Positions 51,501 through 59,520 are shown, numbered from the stretch's first letter. The stretch: DNA of 64,000 nt from an uncultured Peptococcaceae bacterium (GCA_964637365.1 CAZWWH010000005.1:18980-82979), one strand, 5' to 3'. Made by a program: numbers and translations. Notes: a model not told the origin generated them from the letters alone.

Positions 51501-53911
51501 ACTATTTACCCTGTGTTACCTCAATGCCTTTGAAAATAGACGGTGTCGCCCTCGATTTGGAGCCGGCCTTTAAAAAGGATATTAATCAGTACAACGCAGT
51601 AATTCTTGATAGTGCAAAGACCTTGACCATCGATAGGGCTTACACCAAATCAACGAATACCGTGAAGGTCAACGGGAAAGAGTACAATGGCGGCTATTTC
51701 AGCTGCGATGTGGATATTACAGATTTGGATAAGATCGAAGTCGCCGTTAGCGGCGGCAGTGGTGAAAATGCCTTGAGCAATACTTATACCATTAACCTGA
51801 AAAAGGCTACTACTGGCTATCTCACCATGAATGTGACTCCCACCGACGCTACGGTTAAGATTTTGGATGCCAAAGGGAATGAAGTAAAGCCCGATGAAAA
51901 CGGTAAATATGCCGGTATGTTCACGGAAAAGGTTTATACCTATTCGGTTATGAAGGAAGGATATATTCCTGCCAAAGGTACTGTGCCTCAGGAAGCAGCT
52001 CCCGTGATCAATGTTGATCTGGAAAAGGCCGTTCCCATGGATATCACCTTCAGTGTCCAGGATGGCAACCGTTATCTTATGTCCCGTCAGACAGTGAAAC
52101 CTGTGGCAGGGTTGGCAGAGCTTTACGGCTACTCTTATGGCGATAATGTAAAACCTGCCGACGTGACTGCTTTAGACGCCTTGGTAGCTGCTCATATTGC
52201 TTACTATGGCGATGAATTTACTCCTGAAACTGCCCAAGATTTCCTTGATATTGCGGAAAACAGCGGCATGATTCGGAGAATGTTTGAGAAGGAATCCTCC
52301 AGTTTGGGCTTTGCCGTCAACGGGCGCTGCCCCAATGATGGTGTACAGGTAGGGAATGGTTATACCGGTTATGCTGTTCATCAAGGGGTAATCAGTGCCA
52401 ATGATGTTGTGGAATTTTTCTTCTATCAGGACAGCTACTGGAGTGACCAGTATGTATGGTTTGAACAGAATGGCAAAAAGACTGAAGCTGTTACCGTGGC
52501 ACAGGGGGAACCTGTGACCTTATCCCTCCGGGGCTTCCCCTATGGTTATTACAGCTACGCTACGGAAGAATACATCGCTATGATGACCAGCGATATTGCC
52601 AATGCTCAGATTTCCAAGGTAAATATGAGTAACGGTCGTTTGGTCGCCATCAAAGATGCAGTCACTGGCAGTGACGGCGAAGCTCGTGGCAAGGTGACTC
52701 TGACCTTTGACAAAGCCGGAACTTATGTCATTTCTGCCAAAGGCGCTGACTCCAATAATTATCTCATCTCACCTTGGTGCGTGGTGACCGTTACGGAGCA
52801 GGGTTCTCAAACCGTGATTGCTATGGTCGAAGCCTTGCCGGAGACCATTACCGCAGAACAAAAAGCCGATGTGGAAGCTGCTCGCAAAGCTTACGATGCT
52901 TTGAGCGATGAACAAAAGGATTTAATTCCTGATAATATCCTCAAAAAATTAGAGGATGCGGAAAACGCTCTTAGCGCTTTGGAGGACGCTTCGGCACAGA
53001 GTGTGGTTAAAATGATTCAGGCTTTGCCTGCTCCTCATAAAGTGACTGTCAATGATGAGGAAGCTGTAAAGGCCGCCAGAGCTGCTTATGAAGGTCTCAG
53101 TGCCGGCGAAAAAGCCAAGGTTACCAATGTGTCCCGTTTGGAAGAAATTGAAGACGCTTTAAGTGGCCTAAAGGTAAAAGCCGTAAACGACGCCATCAAT
53201 GCCTTGCCTGACCAAGTTACCTTGGAGAATAAGAACGCGGTGGAAGCTGCTCGCGAAGCCTACGACGCCTTGAGTGACAAGGAAAAAGGCGAAATTGCTG
53301 AGGAAACCTTGGCTAAATTGATCCAGGCTGAAGAGGCCTTAAAAAATACTCCCCACACCTTACCTTTCAGCGATGTTGCGGAAACCCAGTGGTTCTATCA
53401 AGATGTGGTTTACGTTTATGAAAATAATATTATGAGGGGCATGACTGACACCGTGTTTGGCCCTCAAGAATCCATGACCCGCGGGCAATTCGTTGCCATT
53501 TTAGGCCGTATGTCTGGAGTGGAGGACAGCAATCCGAAAACTCCCGTTGAAACCAAATTTGGTGATGTGAAAGCGACTGCTTATTATGCGGCTCACATTG
53601 CCTGGGCTACGGAAAAGGGTATTGTCAATGGTGTTTCGGAAAGCGCCTTTGCTCCTGAAGAAAAAGTGACCAGAGAGCAGATGGCTGCGATGATGGCTCG
53701 CTATGGAGAAGCTATGGGCATTGATTTGCCTGCAGCCGACGGAAATGCCTTTGCCGATGATGGAAAAATTTCCGCATATGCAAAAGAGGCAGTTTACCGC
53801 ATGAAAGCTGCTGGAATCCTTCAAGGTCAAGGAGGGAATCTCTTTAATCCCAAAGGCAACGCCAATCGAGGCGAAGCTGCCAAAGTGATCCATCTTTTCA
53901 TGGAGCTTTAA
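48512..53911 (+). CDS. giant (~1,799 aa) SLH-anchored multidomain surface protein with cadherin-like beta-sandwich repeats and a DUF4430/transcobalamin-like segment
   Basis: Signal peptide 'MKKTLIVLLLTLAMVLSMGGAVLA' after an AAAGGAAAGAAG RBS. Three cadherin-like sandwich repeats (~50.82-51.81 kb). DUF4430-like 'TALDALVAAH...GFAVNG...ISANDVVEFFFYQD' (~52.04-52.44 kb). Three 'ALP..V....V.AAR.AYD.LS..EK' helical repeats. Three C-terminal SLH domains (~53.35-53.91 kb). Confidence 0.85.
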   Translation: MKKTLIVLLLTLAMVLSMGGAVLAEDSSVYTVSVATSDLTLTATDSQGKAVTLKDGGIVDSYHQYTFEGAPGTYTFSAVDEKGSWGTVTMKMDAETSSVVLRATTLAVSTKVDSNYLSADQYRMEVFCPTDVSVTPGIIDVADNGQSKNRYLFYANGNATVYAAAVYPVDESLTLQFAQLSRAVTVGTSVNALTMSMPQAVQGVFTVPHGADLKIEAKLVNYKNMEVTSFTKVEGDTTDTYTYKLPKSNSSLTYRCTLAGKVTRAGYLTTSKDFEKEIVFSDEAPDARPGYAADGGSGYGYVEDSMLMNISDSNYMVMAQGDTFRIRPYRAWQIVNNTSSNLMIEPDYHFRVVEGNSVTVDAKGLLTAVGNGVSVVEVTYDAIDVDGCGIYNGIYGAVDPDRKGIFVVNVGGKADSFDTGIKLTEFDTVYHTDKEAGSYTFTPPTGATVEVNGSTVAAAEDGSVTLPLQNGNNIVKVTKGNDVQYHVIKCKEVTINIKNTTNPDATVVKQGDTLEISFEGLSMPIPKMSGIYNPGYMGTARVLYEIAGGGSMGSKGVQYNLISSNTISATMWQSGTCHLQNGHISLTSMGDPFGEHRTIDDSGRGANFNALERSGEFSPLPDISIEVEPNSEVVFPENFSDLSKLVMYHGTSSFVCSFSKSLSATAAKPIDPNTVVTFTSAKWKETYDMVATATTSQPQVDITVQYGHGTEGDGGTAKLLSGVKGTLGTGIISADKVNYLDFVVTPTDESLGSPKTYSILAYNTDTVKNPGLKDITLSMEEGVTLEAGQGVLSSDKGEGFFLSQREYVAEVPCDVSKVTLNWTAINAASKVKINGTEIVEEASSEVLLTSGENKITLETTAADGSEAIVYTINVTRAPKPEAPLNDLRVYNAYSISASTALLQYSTDNYGDNIPRFDANTREYNLAQQMDGASFYLRSKFDTTYQTTVSVNGGNAVEIKNDSYKSFSLSAGKNKVVITVTPPEDSEYGVGQYTLYVDYLPCVTSMPLKIDGVALDLEPAFKKDINQYNAVILDSAKTLTIDRAYTKSTNTVKVNGKEYNGGYFSCDVDITDLDKIEVAVSGGSGENALSNTYTINLKKATTGYLTMNVTPTDATVKILDAKGNEVKPDENGKYAGMFTEKVYTYSVMKEGYIPAKGTVPQEAAPVINVDLEKAVPMDITFSVQDGNRYLMSRQTVKPVAGLAELYGYSYGDNVKPADVTALDALVAAHIAYYGDEFTPETAQDFLDIAENSGMIRRMFEKESSSLGFAVNGRCPNDGVQVGNGYTGYAVHQGVISANDVVEFFFYQDSYWSDQYVWFEQNGKKTEAVTVAQGEPVTLSLRGFPYGYYSYATEEYIAMMTSDIANAQISKVNMSNGRLVAIKDAVTGSDGEARGKVTLTFDKAGTYVISAKGADSNNYLISPWCVVTVTEQGSQTVIAMVEALPETITAEQKADVEAARKAYDALSDEQKDLIPDNILKKLEDAENALSALEDASAQSVVKMIQALPAPHKVTVNDEEAVKAARAAYEGLSAGEKAKVTNVSRLEEIEDALSGLKVKAVNDAINALPDQVTLENKNAVEAAREAYDALSDKEKGEIAEETLAKLIQAEEALKNTPHTLPFSDVAETQWFYQDVVYVYENNIMRGMTDTVFGPQESMTRGQFVAILGRMSGVEDSNPKTPVETKFGDVKATAYYAAHIAWATEKGIVNGVSESAFAPEEKVTREQMAAMMARYGEAMGIDLPAADGNAFADDGKISAYAKEAVYRMKAAGILQGQGGNLFNPKGNANRGEAAKVIHLFMEL

Positions 53912-53933
53912 AATCAGCAAAATTATGAAATGT

Positions 53934-53968
53934 AGAGACAGCCTGCGGGCTGTCTCTTTTCTTTTTTT
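53934..53968 (+). terminator. rho-independent terminator after the giant surface protein gene
   Basis: AGAGACAGCC / GGCTGTCTCT stem with a TGCG loop and a long T-run. Confidence 0.9.
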
Positions 53969-54282
53969 GATTTATGGCTGTATGATCCCCATATCTGATG
54001 AAATAAATGATTGAGTTATTATCCGTTAATGCTGTGATAAAAAGAATCAAGGAGCGTGACCTTATGAATGAAGCGGGGATCATTGATTGGACTGAGCAGC
54101 AATATTCCTTGCAATTTTGGTAATTATTGTAACCTCTATTCCTGCCAAAGCATGGATCTATCACACCATTAAATGATTTAGTTTGTCGCTTTCATCGTAG
54201 GCAGCGTTTTTGTGACTTACGATTTTTCCAGGAAACCATGGAATGAGAGAAGAAACAGAAGGCGGCTCTTTGGACAAATTCT

Positions 54283-54311
54283 GCATAAATTCCTCTGTTT
54301 TACAGATACTA
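54283..54311 (+). promoter_or_regulatory. forespore (sigma-G/F-like) promoter candidate for spoVT
   Basis: GCATA-17 nt-GATACTA resembles the sigma-G consensus (GNATA / CATACTA). spoVT is sigma-G dependent in B. subtilis. Confidence 0.4.
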
Positions 54312-54357
54312 CATTTACTTGAAAAAATGTTAACACTGCAAACGGAGGAGTTTTTAT

Positions 54358-54921
54358 ATGAAAGCAACAGGAATTGTGCGAAGAATCGATGATCTGGGCC
54401 GCGTGGTCATCCCCAAAGAAATACGGCGTACCATGCGCATTAAGGAAGGAGACCCTTTGGAAATCTTCGTAGACCGTGAAGGGGAAGTGATTCTGAAAAA
54501 ATATTCTCCCATTAGCGAATTGGGAGATTTTGCTCGGGAATATGCCGGCGCTTTGAGTGAAACGTTAGGCACCACCGTGCTGATTGGCGACAGGGACTCC
54601 ATTATTGCGGTGAGCGGCGGTTCCAAAAAGGAATTTTTGGATAAAAATATTGGCTCTATTGTGGAAAAGGTTATGGATGACCGCAGAACCTTGCTGGTCA
54701 ACCGTATTCAGGAGGAAGTGGATAAAAATTATCTATCCCTCATTGATAGCGATGAGCCCAATGACATTACAGCCTTTTGTATCGCCCCCATTATCCCCAT
54801 GGGCGATGTCATTGGTACGGTGATTATTTGTTCCAAGGATCCCAAAGCCAATATGGGGGATTTGGAACAGAAGCTGGCGGAGACTGCCGCTGGTTTTTTG
54901 GCCAAGCAGTTGGAACAGTAA
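54358..54921 (+). CDS. spoVT: SpoVT, AbrB-family stage V sporulation regulator
   Basis: N-terminal SpoVT/AbrB swapped-hairpin 'MKATGIVRRIDDLGRVVIPKEIRRTMRIKEGDPLEIF' plus a GAF-like C-terminal domain. 187 aa. Confidence 0.93.
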   Translation: MKATGIVRRIDDLGRVVIPKEIRRTMRIKEGDPLEIFVDREGEVILKKYSPISELGDFAREYAGALSETLGTTVLIGDRDSIIAVSGGSKKEFLDKNIGSIVEKVMDDRRTLLVNRIQEEVDKNYLSLIDSDEPNDITAFCIAPIIPMGDVIGTVIICSKDPKANMGDLEQKLAETAAGFLAKQLEQ

Positions 54922-54979
54922 GTTGTATCTCATCAATGGTTTATGATTAAGCCGGAGCAGCTCTTTGTTTGTTTTGCAC

Positions 54980-55008
54980 TTGACAGGAAATGGCAGTGCG
55001 GGTATAAT
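54980..55008 (+). promoter_or_regulatory. consensus sigma-A promoter of the ABC-F leader
   Basis: Perfect TTGACA (54980-54985), 17-nt spacer, perfect TATAAT (55003-55008). Confidence 0.75.
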
Positions 55009-55041
55009 AACGGTGAAATATGAAAGAATGGAGATGAAAGG

Positions 55042-55062
55042 ATGCGTAATTTTTCTTGCTAA
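55042..55062 (+). CDS. candidate leader peptide uORF (MRNFSC) of the ABC-F attenuator
   Basis: The ATG lies 8 nt after GGAG, giving 6 codons plus TAA. It sits ~30 nt into the predicted transcript and upstream of the attenuator hairpin. Other tiny uORFs overlap it. Confidence 0.3.
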   Translation: MRNFSC

Positions 55063-55200
55063 CAATTGATGGTATGCCCTGGAGGGAGCGGGACTCCCTG
55101 TATTTGGCGTACTGAGCAGGAAAGTTACGTTTAAATTTCATGGTCGTATGATATAAGGTGAGGAATCTTTGGAGGTTCCTTTGTCGTGAATGCAATTTGA

Positions 55201-55231
55201 CCGCAGGAATGTACTTTCCTGCGGTATTTTT
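55201..55231 (+). terminator. leader (attenuator) terminator immediately upstream of the ABC-F RBS
   Basis: CCGCAGGA / TCCTGCGG stem followed by TATTTTT. It ends 6 nt before the GGAGG RBS of the ABC-F gene. Confidence 0.75.
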
Positions 55232-55250
55232 GTGTTTGGAGGTATGCCGT

Positions 55251-56741
55251 ATGACCGCGATTTTTGTAAATGATTTGACTTTTGCCTATGATGGCAGTGA
55301 TGATGTGATTTTTGACCATGTGAATTTGGCTTTAGACAGCAAATGGAAGCTAGGGCTCATTGGACGGAACGGCCGTGGAAAAACCACCTTTCTCCACCTT
55401 TTGGAGGGGAGCTTAAACCATGGCGGCGCGATTGTTTCTTCGGTTCCCTTTTTCTACTTCTCTTTTGTTCCTCGGGATATTAAGACTTTGACGTTGGAGG
55501 TTGTGGAAGACCTTTCCAACGCCTTACTGTGGCAGATTCAGCGGGAGCTTTCGTTCTTACAGATGGAGGATGAGGTACTTTACCGACCTTTTGACACTTT
55601 GAGCCATGGAGAGCGCACCAAGGTACTTTTAGCAGCGTTGTTTTTAAAGGAGGATGGTTTTTTACTGATTGACGAACCGACCAATCATTTGGATATTGAG
55701 GGGCGAAAGGTCGTTTCCGATTATCTCAACCGCAAGGAAGGGTTCATCGTGGTGTCCCATGACCGCGCTTTTCTTGATGGATGCGTGAATTATACATTAT
55801 CCATTGAGCGCAATGGAATACGGGTGCGGAAAGGAACTTTTTCCCAATGGCAAACAGAAAAAGATATGGAGGACGCATGGGAAATTGCCGAGCATGAAAA
55901 ACATCGGCGAGAGACGAAACGACTTTCTGACGCCGCCAGGAGAGCGGAACAATGGTCAATAGTAACGGAGAAATCGAAAAAGAAGAAGAATGGTCCTTCC
56001 AATAGTGGTTCTGGCAAGCTTGACCGAGGGTATTTGGGACATCAGGCCGCAAAAATGATGAAGCGGGCCAAAACCATTGAGACCAGAAGAGAGGAAGCCT
56101 TAGAGCAGCAGAAGGCATTGTTGAAGAATCTGGACACCGCCGAAGTATTAAAAATGCACCCTTTGGCATATCATGGGGAGCGATTAGCCTATGGCCGGGG
56201 ATTGATATTCTCTTATGATAAAAAACAGATTTGCGGGCCATTATCTTTTGAGTTATGCCGTGGCGACCGATGGGTGTTACAGGGCAGAAATGGCGCGGGG
56301 AAAAGTACTTTTTTGCAGCTCTTGGTGGGGAATTGTCAAGCGCAATGGCAGGGAGAATTTTCCATGGGAAGTAATATTACGATCTCCTATGTGCCTCAAG
56401 ACGCCGATGGCCTGGATGGCACAGTTCATGCGATGGCGAAGGTTTGGGGAATTGATGAAACCTTGTGGATCACCAATATGCGGAAGCTCGGTATAGAACG
56501 CCGCCAATTTGAACGAGATTTATCAGAGTGGAGCAGCGGCCAAAAGAAAAAGGCCATGTTGGCTAGAAGTCTCAGTGAAGAGGCTCATTTATATCTTTGG
56601 GATGAACCGTTAAATTATCTTGACTTTATTTCCAGACTTCAACTGGAGGAATTGCTGAAGCAGTACGGTCCCACCCTGGTTCTGGTGGAGCATGACGCGG
56701 CCTTTTGTAGAGAAATTGCTACCAAAGAATTGTTGTTTTAA
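55251..56741 (+). CDS. ABC-F ribosomal protection protein, Lsa-like (ARE-ABCF)
   Basis: Two ABC cassettes with no TM domain. 'WKLGLIGRNGRGKTTF', 'LSHGERTK', 'LLIDEPTNHLD', a Lys/Arg-rich interdomain linker, 'GRNGAGKST', 'WSSGQKKK' and 'YLWDEPLNYLD'. ~496 aa, typical of Lsa/Vga-type proteins. Confidence 0.8.
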   Translation: MTAIFVNDLTFAYDGSDDVIFDHVNLALDSKWKLGLIGRNGRGKTTFLHLLEGSLNHGGAIVSSVPFFYFSFVPRDIKTLTLEVVEDLSNALLWQIQRELSFLQMEDEVLYRPFDTLSHGERTKVLLAALFLKEDGFLLIDEPTNHLDIEGRKVVSDYLNRKEGFIVVSHDRAFLDGCVNYTLSIERNGIRVRKGTFSQWQTEKDMEDAWEIAEHEKHRRETKRLSDAARRAEQWSIVTEKSKKKKNGPSNSGSGKLDRGYLGHQAAKMMKRAKTIETRREEALEQQKALLKNLDTAEVLKMHPLAYHGERLAYGRGLIFSYDKKQICGPLSFELCRGDRWVLQGRNGAGKSTFLQLLVGNCQAQWQGEFSMGSNITISYVPQDADGLDGTVHAMAKVWGIDETLWITNMRKLGIERRQFERDLSEWSSGQKKKAMLARSLSEEAHLYLWDEPLNYLDFISRLQLEELLKQYGPTLVLVEHDAAFCREIATKELLF

Positions 56742-56804
56742 AAATGCCCAGCTGCACCCGGAAAATCAAGCTAAAATTTATATCATCAGAAAAGAATGAA
56801 TGAA

Positions 56805-56834
56805 AAGCCGTATCCAGAAGGATGCGGCTTTTTT
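56805..56834 (+). terminator. rho-independent terminator after the ABC-F gene
   Basis: AAGCCGTATCC / GGATGCGGCTT stem with an AGAA loop, followed by TTTT. Confidence 0.85.
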
Positions 56835-56856
56835 ATGGAAGAAAGGAGACATGTCC

Positions 56857-58104
56857 ATGGAGGATGAGGGCCGCAAGGTGGATATTTCCGCTGTGGTAGG
56901 AAAGAGATACGGTGCTTTTTGGCGGTATCGAGGACGCTATCGGGTGGTCAAAGGGGGGCGCGGTGCAAAAAAAAGTGCTACTACGGCGTTGTGGTACATC
57001 TATCATCTGATGAAATATCCTAAGGCTAATTTATTGGTGGTACGGCGTTATGTCAACGGTCATAGGGACAGTACTTGGGCTCAACTGAAGTGGGCTGCCA
57101 AACGGTTGGGTGTGGCAAATTTATGGAAAAGTACACGAACACCGCTTTCCATGGAATATTTACCCACAGGGCAAAAGATTCTATTTCGGGGCATGGACGA
57201 CCCAGAAAGCATTCATTCCATTACTGTGGAGCGGGGGTACTTATGCTGGGTTTGGGTGGAGGAGGCCTTCCAAATTGAGGAGGAGGGGGCTTTTGACAAG
57301 TTGGATATGTCCATCCGCGGCGATATGGAGAAGGGATATTTTAAACAGTTGACTTTGACCTTTAATCCTTGGTCAGGGCAGCACTGGTTAAAGGAGCGTT
57401 TTTTTGATTGTCCTTCCGAGGATGTACTGGCGCTAACCAAAACGTATCTTGACAATGAATTCCTTGATGACCACGACCGTGACCTTTTTGAGGAAATGAA
57501 GCGCCGATTCCCACGGCGGTACGATGTGGAGGGTTTGGGGCAGTGGGGCATTGCCAGTGGACTGGTTTATGAAAACTGGCGGGTAGAGGATTTTGATTGG
57601 CGAGAAATTGCTGCCAAGCGTTCTGATTCTCGAGTGCTGTTTGGTTTGGATTTCGGTTTTACCCATGACCCCACGGCTTTGATCGGTTGTGTTGTCGATG
57701 AAGGGAAACGGGAGATTTTTATTTTTGATGAGATTTATCAAAGGGGAATGCTCAACAGCGATATCGCCCAAGGGATTTTGGATCGCGGCTATGGGAAATG
57801 CCGCATCATTGCCGACAGCGCTGAGCCCAAGTCCATTGCGGAGCTGAGGCGTTTGGGAATTTCTAAAATCACGGGAGCTAAGAAAGGCCCCGACAGTTTG
57901 CGCCACGGCATTCAGCGGCTGTGCGGTTATGAGATGGTAATACACCCGCGCTGCGTTCATACCAAAGAGGAGTTGGAGTCCTACATCTGGCAGGAAAGCG
58001 GCGGTATGCTGCAAAATATCCCTGTGGACTGTAACAACCATCTGATGGACGCGCTGCGCTATGCTACCGAAGGATTGGATCGTAATATCTTAGTTTTAAA
58101 ATAG
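56857..58104 (+). CDS. phage terminase large subunit (PBSX/Terminase_3 family)
   Basis: Walker A-like 'VVKGGRGAKKSATTA', 'LLVVRR', and a nuclease-domain C-terminus 'NNHLMDALRYA'. The ATG at 56857 lies 8 nt after GGAG. The track start at 56800 lies inside the upstream terminator. Confidence 0.88.
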   Translation: MEDEGRKVDISAVVGKRYGAFWRYRGRYRVVKGGRGAKKSATTALWYIYHLMKYPKANLLVVRRYVNGHRDSTWAQLKWAAKRLGVANLWKSTRTPLSMEYLPTGQKILFRGMDDPESIHSITVERGYLCWVWVEEAFQIEEEGAFDKLDMSIRGDMEKGYFKQLTLTFNPWSGQHWLKERFFDCPSEDVLALTKTYLDNEFLDDHDRDLFEEMKRRFPRRYDVEGLGQWGIASGLVYENWRVEDFDWREIAAKRSDSRVLFGLDFGFTHDPTALIGCVVDEGKREIFIFDEIYQRGMLNSDIAQGILDRGYGKCRIIADSAEPKSIAELRRLGISKITGAKKGPDSLRHGIQRLCGYEMVIHPRCVHTKEELESYIWQESGGMLQNIPVDCNNHLMDALRYATEGLDRNILVLK

Positions 58105-58114
58105 GAGGTAATTT

Positions 58115-59455
58115 ATGAAATCACTGACGGAAATTTTGGGAGCACGAAATTGGAAGGCATTGGAGAAGTTTTGTAATGAATTGGTGGCATCAGAAATGTT
58201 AAGAAACGGCGCCGCCATGGAGGGAAAGCGTTATTACGAAAATGACAATGGCATCCGCCGCAAAAAGCGCATGGATGAATTGATGGCGGTAGCGCGGAGG
58301 GACCGCAACCCGTTACGCAATGCAGACTTCCGTATTTCCCACAATTGGCATCAGCTTTTGGTGAACCAGAAGGCCTCGTACCTATTTACCTATCCTCCCA
58401 TGTTTGACTGCGGTATTGACAGCGTCAACGAAAAAATCAGTACGGTACTGGGAGAGGATTTCCCTCGAAAAGTAAAAGACCTGGCCATTGACGCTGCCAA
58501 CTGCGGTATGGCCTGGCTCCACTGTTGGGTTGATTCCAAAGGGCGGTTCCGTTATCATACCGTACCTATGGAGGAGATTTATCCATTGTATGACAGTGGT
58601 TTGGAACCGGCGATGGAATATTTGCTCCGCATTTACGACGGAAAAAATCAAGATGGGAGCATGGTGCGGAAGGTGGAAATTTGGAATGAGCGAGAGGCGC
58701 TGTTTTTCCGAAAGGAATCCAACGGAGCATTGGAGCCTGACGGCTGTTTTGATGGCGGAGCATACAGTTGGGAGCATGGTATGGGAGAGATTCCTTTTGT
58801 GCCCTTTTATAATAACCGCAGCCGCAGCGGTGATTTGACCATGGTGAAGGATTTGATAGACCAATATGATTTGGTGGTTTCAGGCTTTGCCAATGATCTT
58901 TCCGATATTCAGGAGGTCATTTTTGTGCTGCGGAATTACGGCGGCGAGGATCTTAACACCTTTTTGTCGGAACTAAAACGATACAAGGCCATTAAGGTGG
59001 AGGGGGATAGTCTCAGCGCCGGCGGTGTAGAGACCATGAGCATCGAGATTCCCATTGAGGCTCGAGTAAAATTTTTGGAAATTTTGAAGCGGCAGATTTT
59101 TATCTCGGGACAAGGGGTGGATCCAGACCCCGCTTCCTTTGGCAACAGCTCAGGTGTGGCTCTGAAATATCTATACAGTCTTTTGGAAATCAAGGCGGGG
59201 CTGCTGGAAACGGAATTCCGCGCGGGTTTTAAGTCCTTTCTCCGCATGGCGCTCCGTTATTTGAATGTTCCGGAGGATTTGCCTGTGATGCAGATTTATA
59301 CGCGGAACGCCATTGAAAATGATTTGGAAACCGCGGAAATCGCCCAGAAGAGCCAGGGAGTCGTCAGTAAAGAGACGATTTTGCGCAATCATCCCTGGGT
59401 GGAAAATGTTGGTCAGGAAAAGGAGGCGCTGGGTAAGGATATTTTTTCGGAGTAA
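58115..59455 (+). CDS. phage portal protein (SPP1 gp6-like)
   Basis: 446 aa immediately after terL. Portal-like conserved blocks ('NWHQLLVNQKASYL', 'DLIDQYD', 'DLSDIQEV'). Confidence 0.8.
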   Translation: MKSLTEILGARNWKALEKFCNELVASEMLRNGAAMEGKRYYENDNGIRRKKRMDELMAVARRDRNPLRNADFRISHNWHQLLVNQKASYLFTYPPMFDCGIDSVNEKISTVLGEDFPRKVKDLAIDAANCGMAWLHCWVDSKGRFRYHTVPMEEIYPLYDSGLEPAMEYLLRIYDGKNQDGSMVRKVEIWNEREALFFRKESNGALEPDGCFDGGAYSWEHGMGEIPFVPFYNNRSRSGDLTMVKDLIDQYDLVVSGFANDLSDIQEVIFVLRNYGGEDLNTFLSELKRYKAIKVEGDSLSAGGVETMSIEIPIEARVKFLEILKRQIFISGQGVDPDPASFGNSSGVALKYLYSLLEIKAGLLETEFRAGFKSFLRMALRYLNVPEDLPVMQIYTRNAIENDLETAEIAQKSQGVVSKETILRNHPWVENVGQEKEALGKDIFSE

Positions 59456-59492
59456 AAACCCGTGGATGAAAATAGACTTTAGAAAACAAAAC

Positions 59493-59520
59493 TCCCGATG
59501 TCTTGTGACATCGGGAATTT
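59493..59520. terminator. bidirectional terminator between the portal gene and the reverse-strand gene
   Basis: TCCCGATGTC / GACATCGGGA stem with a TTGT loop. A-run upstream and T-rich downstream. Confidence 0.8.

Noticed and set aside
53898-54367. Two minus-strand ORFs (88 and 68 aa) between the giant gene and spoVT
   Set aside because: They have AT-rich, low-complexity translations and no RBS. They overlap the giant-gene terminator and the spoVT promoter region.
55158-55250. N-terminal extension of the ABC-F ORF (GTG at 55158)
   Set aside because: It would translate through the attenuator terminator hairpin. The conserved ABC-F N-terminus ('MTAIFVNDLTFAYDG') starts at 55251, preceded by GGAGG.
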